Shown here piece after piece: positions 23,698 to 37,331 of a stretch of 64,000 nt of DNA (position 1 is its first letter; every line of letters starts with the position of its first letter). Where the stretch lies: positions 24,552,001 through 24,616,000 of the forward strand of contig OZ024757.1 of the NCBI GenBank assembly GCA_964016885.1. The letters are read 5' to 3'. The DNA is from Eledone cirrhosa. Its lineage: Eukaryota. The position numbers were made by a program, and so were the translations under genes. The notes beneath the pieces were generated by a model. The model saw only the letters and a program-made list of their open reading frames with translations, was not told where the DNA came from and did not search any database.

Positions 23698-24763
23698 AGG
23701 CTGGATTGGACATGAAGTAATTGGTAGAAAGACGAACTTCTGGGAGGAGGCCATGGAGGATGCTGAAGAGGAGGAGAGCAAAGCTGCTGTATCAATCTTG
23801 GATCGAAGGGACTGGCTGGACGAGCTACACGACAGTCTGCACGGAGAAGAGACAAATGTTCCAAAACTCTCGACTCAAGACTCCGACATTGAGGAAGAGC
23901 TGCTTCAAGAAGAGGCGGCTTACGAAGAGGGATCTGAAGGGGATTTCTTACAACCTGAGGTATCAGATGAAGAATATGGTTCCGTAACTAGGGAAAGGGA
24001 TTTTGAGGGATTTAAAGACAATTCTTATTCAGAAGAAACTGACTCTGATGATGAGCCCCCTAATATTTCAGTGAATATTTCAAGAAAAAAAAAGACAATG
24101 GCACCAAAAAAAGGGGAACACAGGCAAGAGCAGTGTCTACCGCCTCCATCTACCATTCCTGATGCTAAAGACCCAGAAATGACCGAAACTCATTTACAAA
24201 TAAACCAGTTAAAATCATTACTTGATAAACGAAAGAATAAATTATCAGAGTTTGTAAACCCCATTTTATTAGTCAACAAAGACCCAGAATCAACCCAAAC
24301 TGACAAGGAATGGATTCAAGATGCTAGCCACCATTCCTCAATTCTTCATGCATCAAAGATACTATCTTCATGTTCAAATTCTTCACCTTCAACTAAAGAC
24401 AATCCCAAAGACAGAGGCGATGATAATTCAAATCTCCAAAAGCCAAGAAATAAAATATTTGACTTCATCCAGTCATGGATTACTCGGAAATCACTGAACT
24501 TCTTGGGTTTATTAAACTATGACGGAGATGGACAACATAATCCCTCCAATGATTCTGCTCCCCAAAATGACTCGGACTTTTCAAAGCTCTGTGATCGAGT
24601 GGCTATTCAAGGTCGAGACTTTGAAGTCTTGCTTGATGACCATGTTCCTCAGAAAGATCAACCCCCAAAGAAATCCTTACCATCCTATGAAAACCTTCAG
24701 AAAGATGCAGAAAACTACTCCTTCAAAGTTAAGGAATATTTCAAACCAATTCCCACCAAAAAG
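23698..24763 (+). CDS. RPAP2: RPAP2 exon 6 (large acidic, low-complexity middle exon)
   Basis: 1066-nt open exon from acag|A GWIGHEVI to FKPIPTKK|gtttgt. Phases match exons 5 and 7. Confidence 0.88.
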
Positions 24764-24844
24764 GTTTGTAATTGAATTGTTACATTGTTTTAAAACACTA
24801 TATGATGACAATGGTGGCCTGTTTGTGTGTGTGTGTGTGTGTTT

Positions 24845-25360
24845 GTGACATGAGAAAAAGACACCACCCAGCCAACCCTGTAAAGTGGTCATGCTGGCGA
24901 CACGACAAAAAGCATCCAGTTAACCCTGTAAGGTGGTCGTGCTGGTGACATGACAAAAAAGTACTGTCTATCCTGTGAGGGTGTCGTGCTGATGACACAA
25001 CAAAAAACACCCCATCCACCCTGTAAGGTAGTTATGCTGGTGACAGGAGAAAAGTGCATCCAGTTCAGCCTGTAAGGTGGTCATGCTGGTGACATGACAA
25101 AAAGCGCCCAGTCCACCCTGTATAATGATCGTGTGGTGGCACGACAAAAAAGCATACAGTCCACCCTGTATAATGGTCATGTGGTGGCACGACAAAAAAG
25201 CACAGTCCACCCTGTAAGATGGCTGTCTTGGTGACACAATGAAAAAGCACTGCCTACTCTGTAAAGTAGTCATGCTGGTGATATGAGGAAAGCACCCAGT
25301 CAACCCTGTAAGGTGGTAGTACTGGTGACACAACAAAAAACACCCTGTCAACCCTGTAAG
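24845..25360 (+). repeat. About 50-bp degenerate tandem array of the SINE internal unit (aaaaagcacccag..ctgtaaagtggtc..gtgacac)
   Basis: About 10 diverged units running into a SINE/LINE-type 3' tail (25360-25530). Confidence 0.75.
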
Positions 25361-26224
25361 GTGGTTGGCTTTATTAGGAAGGGTATCCTGCCTTAGAAAC
25401 CAAGCCAAAATACAGATCTGTATGAGCAAAACGTGGGTCTCCAGACCTGACTTGTCTCATAATGTAACAACTCGTCTAACCCATGCAAACATAGAAAAAT
25501 AGATGTTAAATGATGATAGTGATGACAATGATGTTTGTGTTGGTGTGTGTGTGTCTGTGAACACACATACATTTATATATTAATGTCTATGGTTACCGGT
25601 TAAAACAGTGAATCCCTATCTTCTTTCATCATCGCCAATTTTCACATGGACAAATTTTCCACCATCCACATCATCACCATCATCATTTTAATTTCTGCTT
25701 TCCCTGATGGCAAAGGTTGGGCGGATATACATAGACCAAGTCATTACTGAAGTGGTGGCTACTAATCTCCCAGATAACCAAAGATCTGTCATTCCACTTA
25801 TGTAATCCCACGTTCTACTGAGTGCATAAGAGAGGTTGTCATGTCTTTGACACAACTGAGGGTCCTCTTAAACCCTTGTTTGGCAAGATTTCTGTTGCTG
25901 CATGCCTGTATAATATTTAAAAGTATACCAAAATTGTTTAGTAAAACTTTATTACTGGTTCGTTATTCTCATTTAGTCTCCTGTTTTTTTTAAAATACTG
26001 GTTCTTTGCATATCTCCTTTGAATATTTTTTCGGGTAGCATATATTGAAATTTTTTCTTAATACTTAAAATTCTGTATCATCCACCAAAATGTCCAATCA
26101 CCCACCATTTTCTGTTCAGTTGCTCATTACTCACTCAACTGTTGAAATCACCCACTGGTGAGCAATATCGATCAGGTTGGGAAACCCTGAGTTAAGCATT
26201 CATTATTTATTTTCTTCTTTCAAG

Positions 26225-26328
26225 GCTGATGCGACTGCCTCAGATAGGAATCTGGTGCTACCAAATGTCGATTCTCATTCCCAGTTAACCCTCAGGAGGT
26301 CTATTTTCTTGAAACAACTTGGCAAAAG
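26225..26328 (+). CDS. RPAP2: RPAP2 exon 7
   Basis: caag|ADATASDRNLVLPNVDSHSQLTLRRSIFLKQLGK ag|gtaatc contains the conserved LPxxDSxSQxxxRxxI motif. Confidence 0.9.
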
Positions 26329-27546
26329 GTAATCATTGTTTAATATATGAAGTTTTATATTTACTGTTAACATTGTTTCATTATTTTCCCTTTTGTTTCA
26401 TTATTTTCCATTTCTTTCTTATATATTCAAAATATCCAATACAATGATGTGTTGTTTCCTTGAGCAAGACACTTTATTTAACATTGCTCCAGTTTACTCA
26501 GCTGTAGAAATGAGATGATAGGGGGTGGGGTCCACATCATTCCACTGCAAAAAAAGCACCCAGCACTCATTGTAAATGAGGTTGGTGTTAGGAAGGGCAT
26601 CCAGCTGTAGAAATCAAGCCAGAATCTGTTCCCGTCCCACCCTTGCAAGCAGGGAAAAAGCGGACGTAAAAATGATGATGATGATGATGAATGCATCTGC
26701 TGATTAATTTTACTTCAATATAAAGAAGACTTTTAAGATCTTGCATTGTCATTTACACCACTTAATTACAGAAAGATTCTAAGACTTTGGTTTGTAATTT
26801 AAACCATCTGTAATGTATTTATCACATTAAATGATGGGTTAACTTTTGTTGTTTAAATATGTCAGCATTGGATTGGCAGTATCGGTAAAGCAATCAGACA
26901 CCCTGCTTTGCGGCATAGAGCTATGACCCATTACGTTCTGAGTTCAAATTCTGCCAAGGTTAGCCTTGCCTTTCATCCTTACACGGTTGATAAAATAAGG
27001 CACCAGTAATGCACTGGGATCGATTTAATCCACTTCCCCTCCCCCTAAATTGCTGGCTGTGTGCCTATAGTAGAAATCATTGTTGACCCTTTCATCTGAA
27101 GACTGCCACCCTACTCCTACCCTAATATGTCATCCATCTCGTGGTTCTGGCCAGCAGCTGGAGAAGACATTGGCCTGGAGGATGGGGATGGTGACACGGT
27201 GGAACAGCTACTCCACCTTGCGGGCCTCATCACCTGGGGGGAAGCCAACTCCACTCCAAAGCAGGGATATAGTCTAAGGGCCAAGAACACCAGAAGTCTC
27301 CACTGTTGCAGACACAACCACTGTTGTTGTTGCTTAACCCTAGGTCAACCCTGATACAGCAGAACTGTGATCAAAGATGTTCCAGCATGGAGAGGGTGGA
27401 TTATAATTAGATTTTCAAGTCATCTCAATCATCATCATCATTATAATCACCAACACCCTTATCATCGCTACCATCTTCATATGTGTGTGTGTATATATAT
27501 ATCATCATCATCATTTAACGTCCACCTTCCACGCTACCATGGATGG

Positions 27547-27589
<43 letters not shown>

Positions 27590-27928
27590 GGTGCCCCAAA
27601 AAATGTATACGCACTTTGATTACCTGTACAGGCAGTACTTATTAGAATGAACAGCCTTTGTGTATACATTTTTATGTCTGTTCTTCCACGGTAGCATGGG
27701 TTAGATGGGGTGTCCTGTTGTGGGCAGTGTCCAGTTAGCTGACCTTGTCTTGCTCATACGGGAACTGATTCTGGCTTGATTTCTACAGCTGAATGCCCTT
27801 CCTAACACCAACCTCATTTACAGTGAGTGCTGGGTGCTTTTTTGCCGTGGCACCCTACACGTCCACTTTACAGTGTGGGCTGGATGCTTTTTTGCTGTGG
27901 CACCTCCACGACCACTTTGCAGTGGGAG

Positions 27929-27964
<36 letters not shown>

Positions 27965-27968
27965 ATAT

Positions 27969-28301
27969 ATCATCATCATCATCATCATTTCATTTTACGT
28001 CCACTTTTCCCTGATTGCAAGGGTGGGACGGGAACTGATTTTGGCTTGATTTCTACAGCTGGATGCCCTTCCTAACACCAACCTCATTTACAGTGAGTGC
28101 TGGGTGCTTTTTTGCCGTGGCACCTTCACGACCACTTTAAAGTGGAATGATATGGATCCCAGTCCCTATAATCTCATTTCTACAGCTGAGTAAACTGGAG
28201 CAATGTGAAATAAAGTATCTTGCTCAAGGAAACAACACATCACCCGGTCTGAGAATTGAACTCACAACCTTTCGATTGCAAGGCCAATGCTCTAACCACT
28301 A
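27969..28301 (-). mobile_element. CORE-like tRNA SINE
   Basis: Same family as 10317-10663. Confidence 0.72.
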
Positions 28302-28586
28302 ACAAAGTGGGAGTGGTAAGATACCAGGTGGACCATAATGCACCAGAGTACTCAATGCTTAGGGTAGTAGAGTGGGTAATAGGAAAAGAGTCGGGACCCC
28401 AACAGCTAGATCCGAACTAAGCTAGCAATGTTAGTGTTAAAGAATAAAATACAATGATAAAATGAAAATATATTTTTCTAAAGAAATGAGGGCCCCTAGA
28501 GGGTGTGGGCTTAAGCTATAGCTTATAGGTGTGACCAGCACTGATATCGACCCTCGTTTCATGTGTTTTTCTTCTTTCTATTACAG

Positions 28587-28667
28587 CATTGATGATCTCA
28601 TTAGTCCCATGGACCTGCTCATTGGAGAATTGTCAACAGATATTAAGGACATTGTCTATACTTTCAG
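28587..28667 (+). CDS. RPAP2: RPAP2 exon 8
   Basis: acag|[27 protein letters not shown] ag|gtatac, phase 2/2. Confidence 0.85.
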
Positions 28668-28692
28668 GTATACATATATATCATCATCATCA

Positions 28693-28731
<39 letters not shown>

Positions 28732-28846
28732 TCATATATATATATCATCATATATATATATATCATCATATATATATCATCTTCATATATATCATCATAT
28801 ATATATATCACCATATATATATATATCATCATATATATATATCATT

Positions 28847-28982
28847 ATATAATATGTTGAGAAGGTAACACACCAGAGAGAGATATATAGTGCGTTATCA
28901 ATAATACAGGGAAAAAAACCACCATTATTGATAACGCACTATATATCTCTCTCTGGTGTGTTACCTTCTCAACATATTATAT
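28847..28982. repeat. Perfect inverted repeat (59-bp arms, 18-nt loop)
   Basis: 28847-28905 is the reverse complement of 28924-28982. Confidence 0.9.
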
Positions 28983-29064
28983 TTTAAAGGGCTCAGGATC
29001 TCTTCCCCTTTGAGCACATTATTTACAGGGAATAACGACGGCCTATGCCTCCGTTAATTTATCG

Positions 29065-30135
29065 TGATATCATCATATATATCTATCATATATATATATC
29101 ATCATATATATATATATATATATATCATATATATATATATATATATATATCATCATATATATAAATATATCATCATATATATATATTTATCATCATCATC
29201 ATCATATATATATATCATCATATATATATATATATCATCATATATATATATATCATCATCATATATATATATATATATCATCATCATATATATATATATC
29301 ATCATCATATATATATATATATATCATCATCATATATATATATATATATCATCATCATATATATATATATATATCATCATCATATATATATATATATATC
29401 ATCATCATATATATATATATATATCATCATCATATATATATATATATATCATCATCATATATATATATATATCATCATCATATATATATATATCATCATC
29501 ATATATATATATATATCATCATCATATATATATATATATCATCATATATATATATATCATCATCAATATATATATCATCATCATATATATATATATCATC
29601 ATCATATATATATATATCATCATCATATATATATATATCATCATCATATATATATATATCATCATCATATATATATATATCATCATCATATATATATATA
29701 TCATCATCATATATATATATATCATCATCATATATATATATATCATCATCATATATATATATCTCATCATCATATATATATATCTCATCATCATATATAT
29801 ATATCTCATCATCATCATATATATATATATCATCATCATATATATATATATATCATCATCATATATATATATATATCATCATCATATATATATATATATC
29901 ATCATCATATATATATATATATCATCATCATATATATATATATATCATCATCATATATATATATATATCATCATCATATATATATATATATCATCATCAT
30001 ATATATATATATATCATCATCATATATATATATATATATCATCATCATATATATATCATCATCATATATATATCATCATCATATATATATATATCATCAT
30101 CATATATATATATCATCATATATATATATATATCA
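29065..30135. repeat. Compound (AT)n(CAT)n microsatellite array
   Basis: Directly visible. Confidence 0.95.
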
Positions 30136-30677
30136 TTTCATTTTATGTCCGCTTTTTCCCAAGCTTGCAAGGGTGGGACGGGAACTGATGCTGGCTTGAT
30201 TTCTACAGCTGGATGCCCTTCTTAACACCAACCTCATTTATATATATATCTATCATCATCATATATATATCATCATATATATATATATCATCATATATAT
30301 ATATATATATATCAACTTATATATATATCATCATCATATATATATATATATCATCATCATATATATATATATATCATCATCATATATATATATATCATCA
30401 TCATATATATATATATCATCATATATATATATATATAGAAGGGCGGTGAATTACCAGTATCGGTAGAGGGTTGGACGCCATGCTTTTCAGCATAGAGTTA
30501 CGTCCCTTTACGGACTGAGTTCAAATCCTGTCGAGGTTAACTTTGCCTTTCATCCTTACGGGGTCGATAAAATAAAGTACCAGTAATGCACTGGGTTAAT
30601 TACTGGCCCTGTGTCAAAAGTAGAAACAATTATATATATATATCATCATCACCATACCATCACTATCATTATATATA

Positions 30678-30713
<36 letters not shown>

Positions 30714-31723
30714 ATCATTATTTCTTTGTATATTCACCTACATGATCTTTCTCCTTCTCTACTTTTTTAACTCCTTGCCTTTCTCTTCTGGTTATTTGTG
30801 TAACCATAGCTCTAAACCTAGCTCTAGTGAGAGCCCTAACCCTAGCACATTGTTGGTGGGTTTGTTGACAGTCATCTCACCTGGTGCCAAGAATTTTCCA
30901 TAGGTATTTGGTGTCAAAAGCATCTAATTGGTTCTCTCGGCTGATCTTCACACTCCACGTGTAGCACCCATACAGGAGTGTTGAAAGCTCATTGCTGTTG
31001 TAAAAGCTCATCTTGGTACCAAGTGCAAGTTTTTTTTGTTTCTCCAGATCTCATTGAGTTGCTCAAAGGCAGCTGAAGCTTTGCCTATTTTGTAATTAAT
31101 TTCTTTCGCCATGTTCCCACTTCTGTTGATAGAGTTTCCCAAGTATTTGAAGTCGTCCACAACCTCCAATTATAACTTACTTTATCTCACAATGAACTAA
31201 CTACATTAAACATCACCATCATTGTTTTTACGCCCATTTTTCCACACTTTCATGAGTTAGACAGGTCTTTTCTGTACACCATCTCTCAATTCACTGTGTT
31301 CCTTTATCATCTCCTCTGTGAGTCTCAGCGATTTACAGTAGGCTCTCACCACCTCTGCCCAGGTCTTCCTTGGTCTACCTCTATTGTGACTTCCTTCCAC
31401 TGGGAGTTCTTGGCACTTCTTCACCCAGCAATCATCATCCTTGCACATCACATGTCCATACTAACATAGTCTTCTCTCTTGCACACCACCTCTGTGTCCT
31501 CTTACACCCAGGCCTACCTCTACTACAGTTTCCATACAAATGCAGTCTTCTCTGATTTGAGATCAGCTCTCACCAACTCTGCCCAGGTCTTCCTTGGTCT
31601 ACCTCTACTGTGGCTTCCTTCCACTGGCATTGCCTGGCACTTCTTCACCCAGCAATCTCTATCCATGCACATCACATGTCATTTGGGTTTTCTTTTATGT
31701 TTTGTTGTTTTATTTTTTCACAG

Positions 31724-31792
31724 TTTACTGAATACAAATATTGTTCTGAAGACAAAGGAATGGGATGTTGCAGCTATCTTCATTATTATCTT
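31724..31792 (+). CDS. RPAP2: RPAP2 exon 9
   Basis: acag|T LLNTNIVLKTKEWDVAAIFIII tt|gtaagt matches the TFxLxxxNIxxxxxEWxxxAxxxL motif. Confidence 0.88.
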
Positions 31793-32523
31793 GTAAGTAT
31801 TTCATCTACAGTGTGTCTATGTTTGCACATTTATATTTATATACTCATATATATAAATGTATGCATATGCACACACATATACACATACACGTCACCGTGT
31901 TGGAAAAAATTCTAGTTCTGAATATTGTGGAAGTTGGTGTCTGTTGAGGTCACTGATTGTGACTTGGTGATAACTTGTATGAATGTAATCTGTTGAGGTC
32001 ACTGGTTGTGACTTGGTGATAACTTGTACAGAGGACATGTATATAAAATTATGAAGAAAAAAGTTTGATCGCTGCAGAGAGCTAAGATTACAGTTACACA
32101 CTCCAGGGGGATTACTTTGAAGGAGAAAACTCTTAGTGTGAAGTTTGGGTTTGAAATAAATATTTTGAGACATCAGTCCTGGAACTTTTCTGACACACCT
32201 CGTATCTCTCAAGGAAATGGAGAACTTATCCAAATATAAAGATCTTGAGATAGAAATAATATGAATGATGTAAACAGAAGCAATCCCTATAATAATAGGT
32301 TCTCAGGGAATGATAAAAAAACACACAGACAGATGCCTAACTAAAACTCCAGAAGTTACAAATATATCAACATCATGGTCCCTTAATCCTTTTCAGACAC
32401 ACGTTCATATACCCACCTCCCTAATCCACACACACTCTTCCCGCCAAAGCCCCCAGCCCGCACTGTAAAGTGGTGATGTAGGTATCACAACAAAAAATAC
32501 CCAGCCTACACTGTAAAGTACCC

Positions 32524-32563
<40 letters not shown>

Positions 32564-32680
32564 GGGCCAACTGTTGACAAACTAACATCACATGTCCAGC
32601 TGGTCTTATATATCAAGAAAAGTAGACCTTTTCTAAATTTAAAGATTTTATGAAATTTCATTATTTTATAGGTTTACCAT

Positions 32681-32730
32681 CTGAGGAGCTCAGGCTGTCA
32701 TAACTGATAGTCCTCAGCGAAATATATATT
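32681..32730 (+). ncRNA. Hammerhead core with long stem II and decayed stem I
   Basis: CTGAGGA-GCTcAGGCTGTCA taac TGATAGtCCTcAGC-GAAA-TATATA-TT. Only about 1 bp of stem I remains. Confidence 0.4.
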
Positions 32731-33077
32731 ACAGATTTTAATAATCCTAAACCGCATGAATATGGCCTCAGATTTTTTTTTTATATATCACGGAAAGAAA
32801 AGCACCCAACACTCACTGTAAATGAGGTTGGTGTTAGGAAGGGCATCCAGCTGTAGAAATCAAGCCAGAATCAGTTGCCGTATGAGCAAGACAAGGTCAG
32901 CCGACCGGACACTGCCCACAACAGGACAACCTGTCTAACCCATGCTAGCATGGAAGAACGGACATAAAACGGTGATGATGATGATGATATATAAACACTA
33001 TTGACAGCACTGTTCCACTAGTGGATTAATAATAATTCTCTCTCTTTCTCTCATTGTCTTTTCCATCCCCTGTAAAG

Positions 33078-33219
33078 GTTGTCCAAGAAAACTGCCAAAC
33101 TTGAAGCTGGACTTCAAAAACCAAAAGTCCAAGAGAAGTTCAACAACATTTTACAGAAATTTGACCTGACCTTGCCAGAAGCCGAAATACTTGTGACTGA
33201 AAAGCTGTTGGTCTTATGA
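33078..33219 (+). CDS. RPAP2: RPAP2 exon 10 (terminal coding exon)
   Basis: aaag|G LSKKTAKLEAGLQ...EILVTEKLLVL*. The spliced CDS totals 1935 nt (644 aa). AATAAA signals near 33580-33593. Confidence 0.8.
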
Positions 33220-33659
33220 TCGATCATAGTGTACAAAATGTGACGTTATGATGGATCTTAATGCTCAAAGGAAGTTTTATGACTATGAGACAAAAAACCA
33301 CTTATGCCTGAAAAGCTGTTGGTCTTATGATAGATCGTAAATGTGGTTTTAGTTCTATCGGAAGTTCAAACCTTTTATGCCTGAAAAACTGTTGGTGTTA
33401 TGATAGATCATAAATGTGGTTTTATGACTACTAGAGAAACTATTGGTGTTAGAATACATCAGAATTTGAATCATAAATATGATGTTATGACTACGAGAAG
33501 CTGAAGTCACTTATGACTGAAAAACTTGATCCTATGATCTATCATTGTACCCGTCTTAGATTGCCTTCATCACTGTGATAATAAAACAATAAAACTGCTG
33601 TGACTTTGTGTAAAGGTGTTGCCTGTCTTTTATTATGTTGACAGATTATTGTCATATAT

Positions 33660-34075
33660 CAATGGTATGGTGTTTGTGACATATCAGTGGCATGGTGTTT
33701 ACTGTGACATATCAGTGGTATGGTGTTTACTGTGACATATCAGTGGTATGGTGTGTACTGTGACATATCAGTGGTATGGTGTGTACTGTGACATATCAGT
33801 GGTATGGTGTGTACTGTGACATATCAGCAGTATGGTATGACATATCAATGGTATGGTGTGTACTGTGATATATCAGCAGTATGGTATGACATATCAGTGG
33901 TATGGTGTGTACTGTGATATATCAGCAGTATGGTATGACATATCAGTGGTATGGTGTTTACTGTGACATATCAGTAGTATGGTGTGTCCTGTGACATATC
34001 AGTGGTGGGGTATGTACTGTGACATAACAGTAGTATGGTGTTTACTGTGACACATCAGTGGTATGGTGTTTCTCT
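33660..34075. repeat. About 28-bp minisatellite (tgtgacatatcagtggtatggtgtgtac)
   Basis: Directly visible, with shortened variant units. Confidence 0.9.
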
Positions 34076-34719
34076 GTGTCACCATTAGAACAAAAAGATG
34101 ACAATGGTCGTTTAAAAAACAGTGTAATGAGGCTGTTTGCTTTCAAACAAATCAAATATTATTCAATATAAAACTCACGAACACATTTACGTATCCATTA
34201 TGTGAGAGCAAAAAAAAAACAAATTCTAATTTTGTTTTTATTCCTAATTAATTATACTAAATATAAATTTTCAGTGAAAATATGAAAGCATGACTAAGAA
34301 TGTGTGGCTACCAGTTCACGGTAAGCACATGGCATGAATGAACACCATGAAATTGGGGTAAAGGGGTTTCCCTGTGTAATATTTTCTGGTAGAAATTCAT
34401 TTCACAGTGTCTGACATGGCATGTCCAAATCTCAGACTAAGCTAACCTTTTGTTCATAGATACTCCAACCATGACCATCTTGTGTGATTTTATATTTCTG
34501 ACATTGTATATCTAGAACTACATTTTGTAATTAGTCACTTTTTAACAATATAGAATAGAGTATAATTGAGGGAGATATAGCAGCTATGCTTAGCAGTGAA
34601 AGGCTACCACTTCACTGGCACCACATGTGGATGTTATTCAATTATGTAACTGCAGTTTGGCCCATCTTCAATCCAAATTTCATAACTATATTTGTTTAAC
34701 ACAAGCTAAGAAACAAATG

Positions 34720-35190
34720 TAAACAAATTTCCACCTTCCCCAGAATGGCCTTGAAAACCATCACCATTCTTTTCGGTGCCAAATTCCACTCAAACCCCAG
34801 CCTGGTCAGGCAGTATGTCTGGTCCTTATACTGACCAGCTGATACTTCCACAGTTTCTCAGATAGGTGTCAGCAATCATGGAAGCACCTGTCATTTCTCT
34901 CCACTCTCACAAGGTTTCCCCACGGACAACTGTGACCTCACCGCCTGTGTAGCATGACACATGTTCATTCAGTTCACAAAAGTCCAGCACCGGTGTAACC
35001 TTGTTCTTGGTTGCACTACTGCCAATAATGGCAACACTCCACTCTTTATCTCCTCCTTCCAAGGGATTAATATGCCCTCCTCCATCCATCTTTGTATCTC
35101 TCCCTCAAACTCGCTTCTAACATACCCTTTCAGAGTATGCTGATAACAGCCCACTCTGTTCTTCAACGTTAGGTTAGAGGGTGAAATATG
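34720..35190 (-). mobile_element. Degenerate Ty3/gypsy-like reverse transcriptase fragment
   Basis: Remnants across frameshifts: EFEGEIQRWMEEGILIPW, LPLLAVVQP, KNKVTPVLDFCELN and YCLTRLGF...APK. Confidence 0.65.
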
Positions 35191-36073
35191 CAATTTAAAG
35201 GAATGTCTTGTAGCCAGTGCATGCTCCTCTGGCTATCTTAGTGGCATGTCCAGCCACCAAACTCTCCACAATTCAAAGAGAATGTATCAGTAAAATTGAC
35301 GGAGAAACACAAGTGAAACCTTTAACCACACACAAACTGATACATTTAAATGAATATAAGTTCTAAACTTAAACCAGAAATCGAATCCCACATCGTCACA
35401 ATACCACCAATGCACTGATAATTTTCTTATAAAAATATCCTTACTCTGAAGTAATACCGAACTACTTCACTTCGTTTATGTTTTTTTTAAGCCAAAAATT
35501 TCAAAGATAGCTATAAGTATCAACAATTTATTTAGTAGAATTCCGGCCTTCGCTGTAGTCTCAGACTACCAGTCTATGTGGCGATTTCTTTTTGCATAGA
35601 TTTCAAGCGAATTACTTCCCTGATTTATATTAAAGAATGATGTTATGGCCCTTTACGTTCTGAGTTCAAACCCCGCCGAGGTTAACTTTGCCTTTCATTC
35701 GTACGAGGTCGATAAAATAAAGTACCAGTAATGCACTGAGATAATTGCTGGCCTTGTGCCAAAAAGTAGAAACAATTAATCAAAAAATGATAATAAAGAT
35801 ACTAGATACTGTTTAAGGGAAGATAACTCAAATAGACTGCATTCTGAAAGAGTTTTTTTTTATAGATATATAATCTTATTCTACTGTACTTAACATTCTT
35901 AGTATGTTTTCATATCCTTATTCTACTATACTTACATAATTAGCATAAACTTCAATGTTCAAGGGAGATAACTCTAGACTGAGTTATTGTCTTAGATTTT
36001 AATTTTATTTCTTACGAGATGACTCGTCCGGCTGGCGCTCGGCTAGGTATACCTGCCCCCCACCACTCCACTG

Positions 36074-36273
36074 NNNNNNNNNNNNNNNNNNNNNNNNNNN
36101 NNNNNNNNNNNNNNNNNNNNNNNNNNNNNNNNNNNNNNNNNNNNNNNNNNNNNNNNNNNNNNNNNNNNNNNNNNNNNNNNNNNNNNNNNNNNNNNNNNNN
36201 NNNNNNNNNNNNNNNNNNNNNNNNNNNNNNNNNNNNNNNNNNNNNNNNNNNNNNNNNNNNNNNNNNNNNNNNN
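36074..36273. other. Assembly gap (200 N)
   Basis: Run of N. Confidence 0.99.
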
Positions 36274-36986
36274 CCAAGAAGACATACGTCAAGCAACTTG
36301 AGGACGATACTGGATGCGCTGCGGAAGAATTGGCAAACGCTATGAGAGACAGAGATGGATGGAGGAAACGTGTCGTAGAAAGCCGAGCAAGCTCGACCTG
36401 ATGATGAGATACGGAAAGTAAAAGAGTGTTGTCATATAGAGAGTGAGGAGAGACAGAGAGTAAAGCAATTAAATTATAGAGAGGGTGAAAGAGGGGGAGA
36501 GAGAGACGACGCTCAGCTTTATAATATTAGAGAGTGAAGAGCGACAGGGAGAGTAAAGCAGTTAAATTATAGAGAGAGGGAAGAGCGATGGAGAGAGTAA
36601 AGCTAAGAAACTATAGGGAGGGGTGTAGGATACATACGTGTTGACCGAATTTACATACGACGCTCATCTCTACGGAAAGTAAAAGAGTGGTCATATAGAG
36701 AATGAAGAGAGACAGGGAGTAAAGCAGTTAAATTATAGAGAGGGTGAAAGAGGGAGAGAGATAGAGGGACGACGCTCAGCTTTATAATATTTGAGAGTGA
36801 AGAGCGACAGAGAGTAAAGCAGTTAAATTATAGAGAGGGGGAATGATCTATTATAGAGAGAGAGAAGAGCAACGGAGAGAGTAAACCTAAGAAACAATAG
36901 GGAGGTGTGTAGGATACATACATAATACATACACACAACACTCAGTTTTATAATATTATAGATAGATATATAGATAGAGATTAATT

Positions 36987-37331
36987 TCATCATTCATCAT
37001 CATTTCATTTTACGTCCGCTTTTCCCTGCTTGCAAGGGTGGGACGGGAACAGATTCTGGCTTGATTTCTACAGCTGGATGCCCTTCCTAACACCAACCAC
37101 ATTTACAGTAAGTGCTGGGTGCTTTTTTGCCGTGGCACCTCCACGACCACTTTACAGTGGAATGATAGGGACCCCAGTCGCTATCATCTCATTTTACAGC
37201 TGAGGAAACTGGAGCAATGTGAAATAAAGTGTCTTGCTCAAGGAAACAACACATCATCCGGTCTGAGAATTGAACTCACAATCTTTCGATTGCAAGACCA
37301 ATGCTCTAACCACTAAGCCATGTGCCTCCAT
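36987..37331 (-). mobile_element. CORE-like tRNA SINE
   Basis: Same family as 10317-10663. Confidence 0.72.

Noticed and set aside
29064-30188. 374-aa Ile/Tyr/His-rich ORF
   Set aside because: Translation of an (AT)n(CAT)n microsatellite.
36005-36345. ORFs spanning the N run
   Set aside because: Artefacts of the assembly gap.
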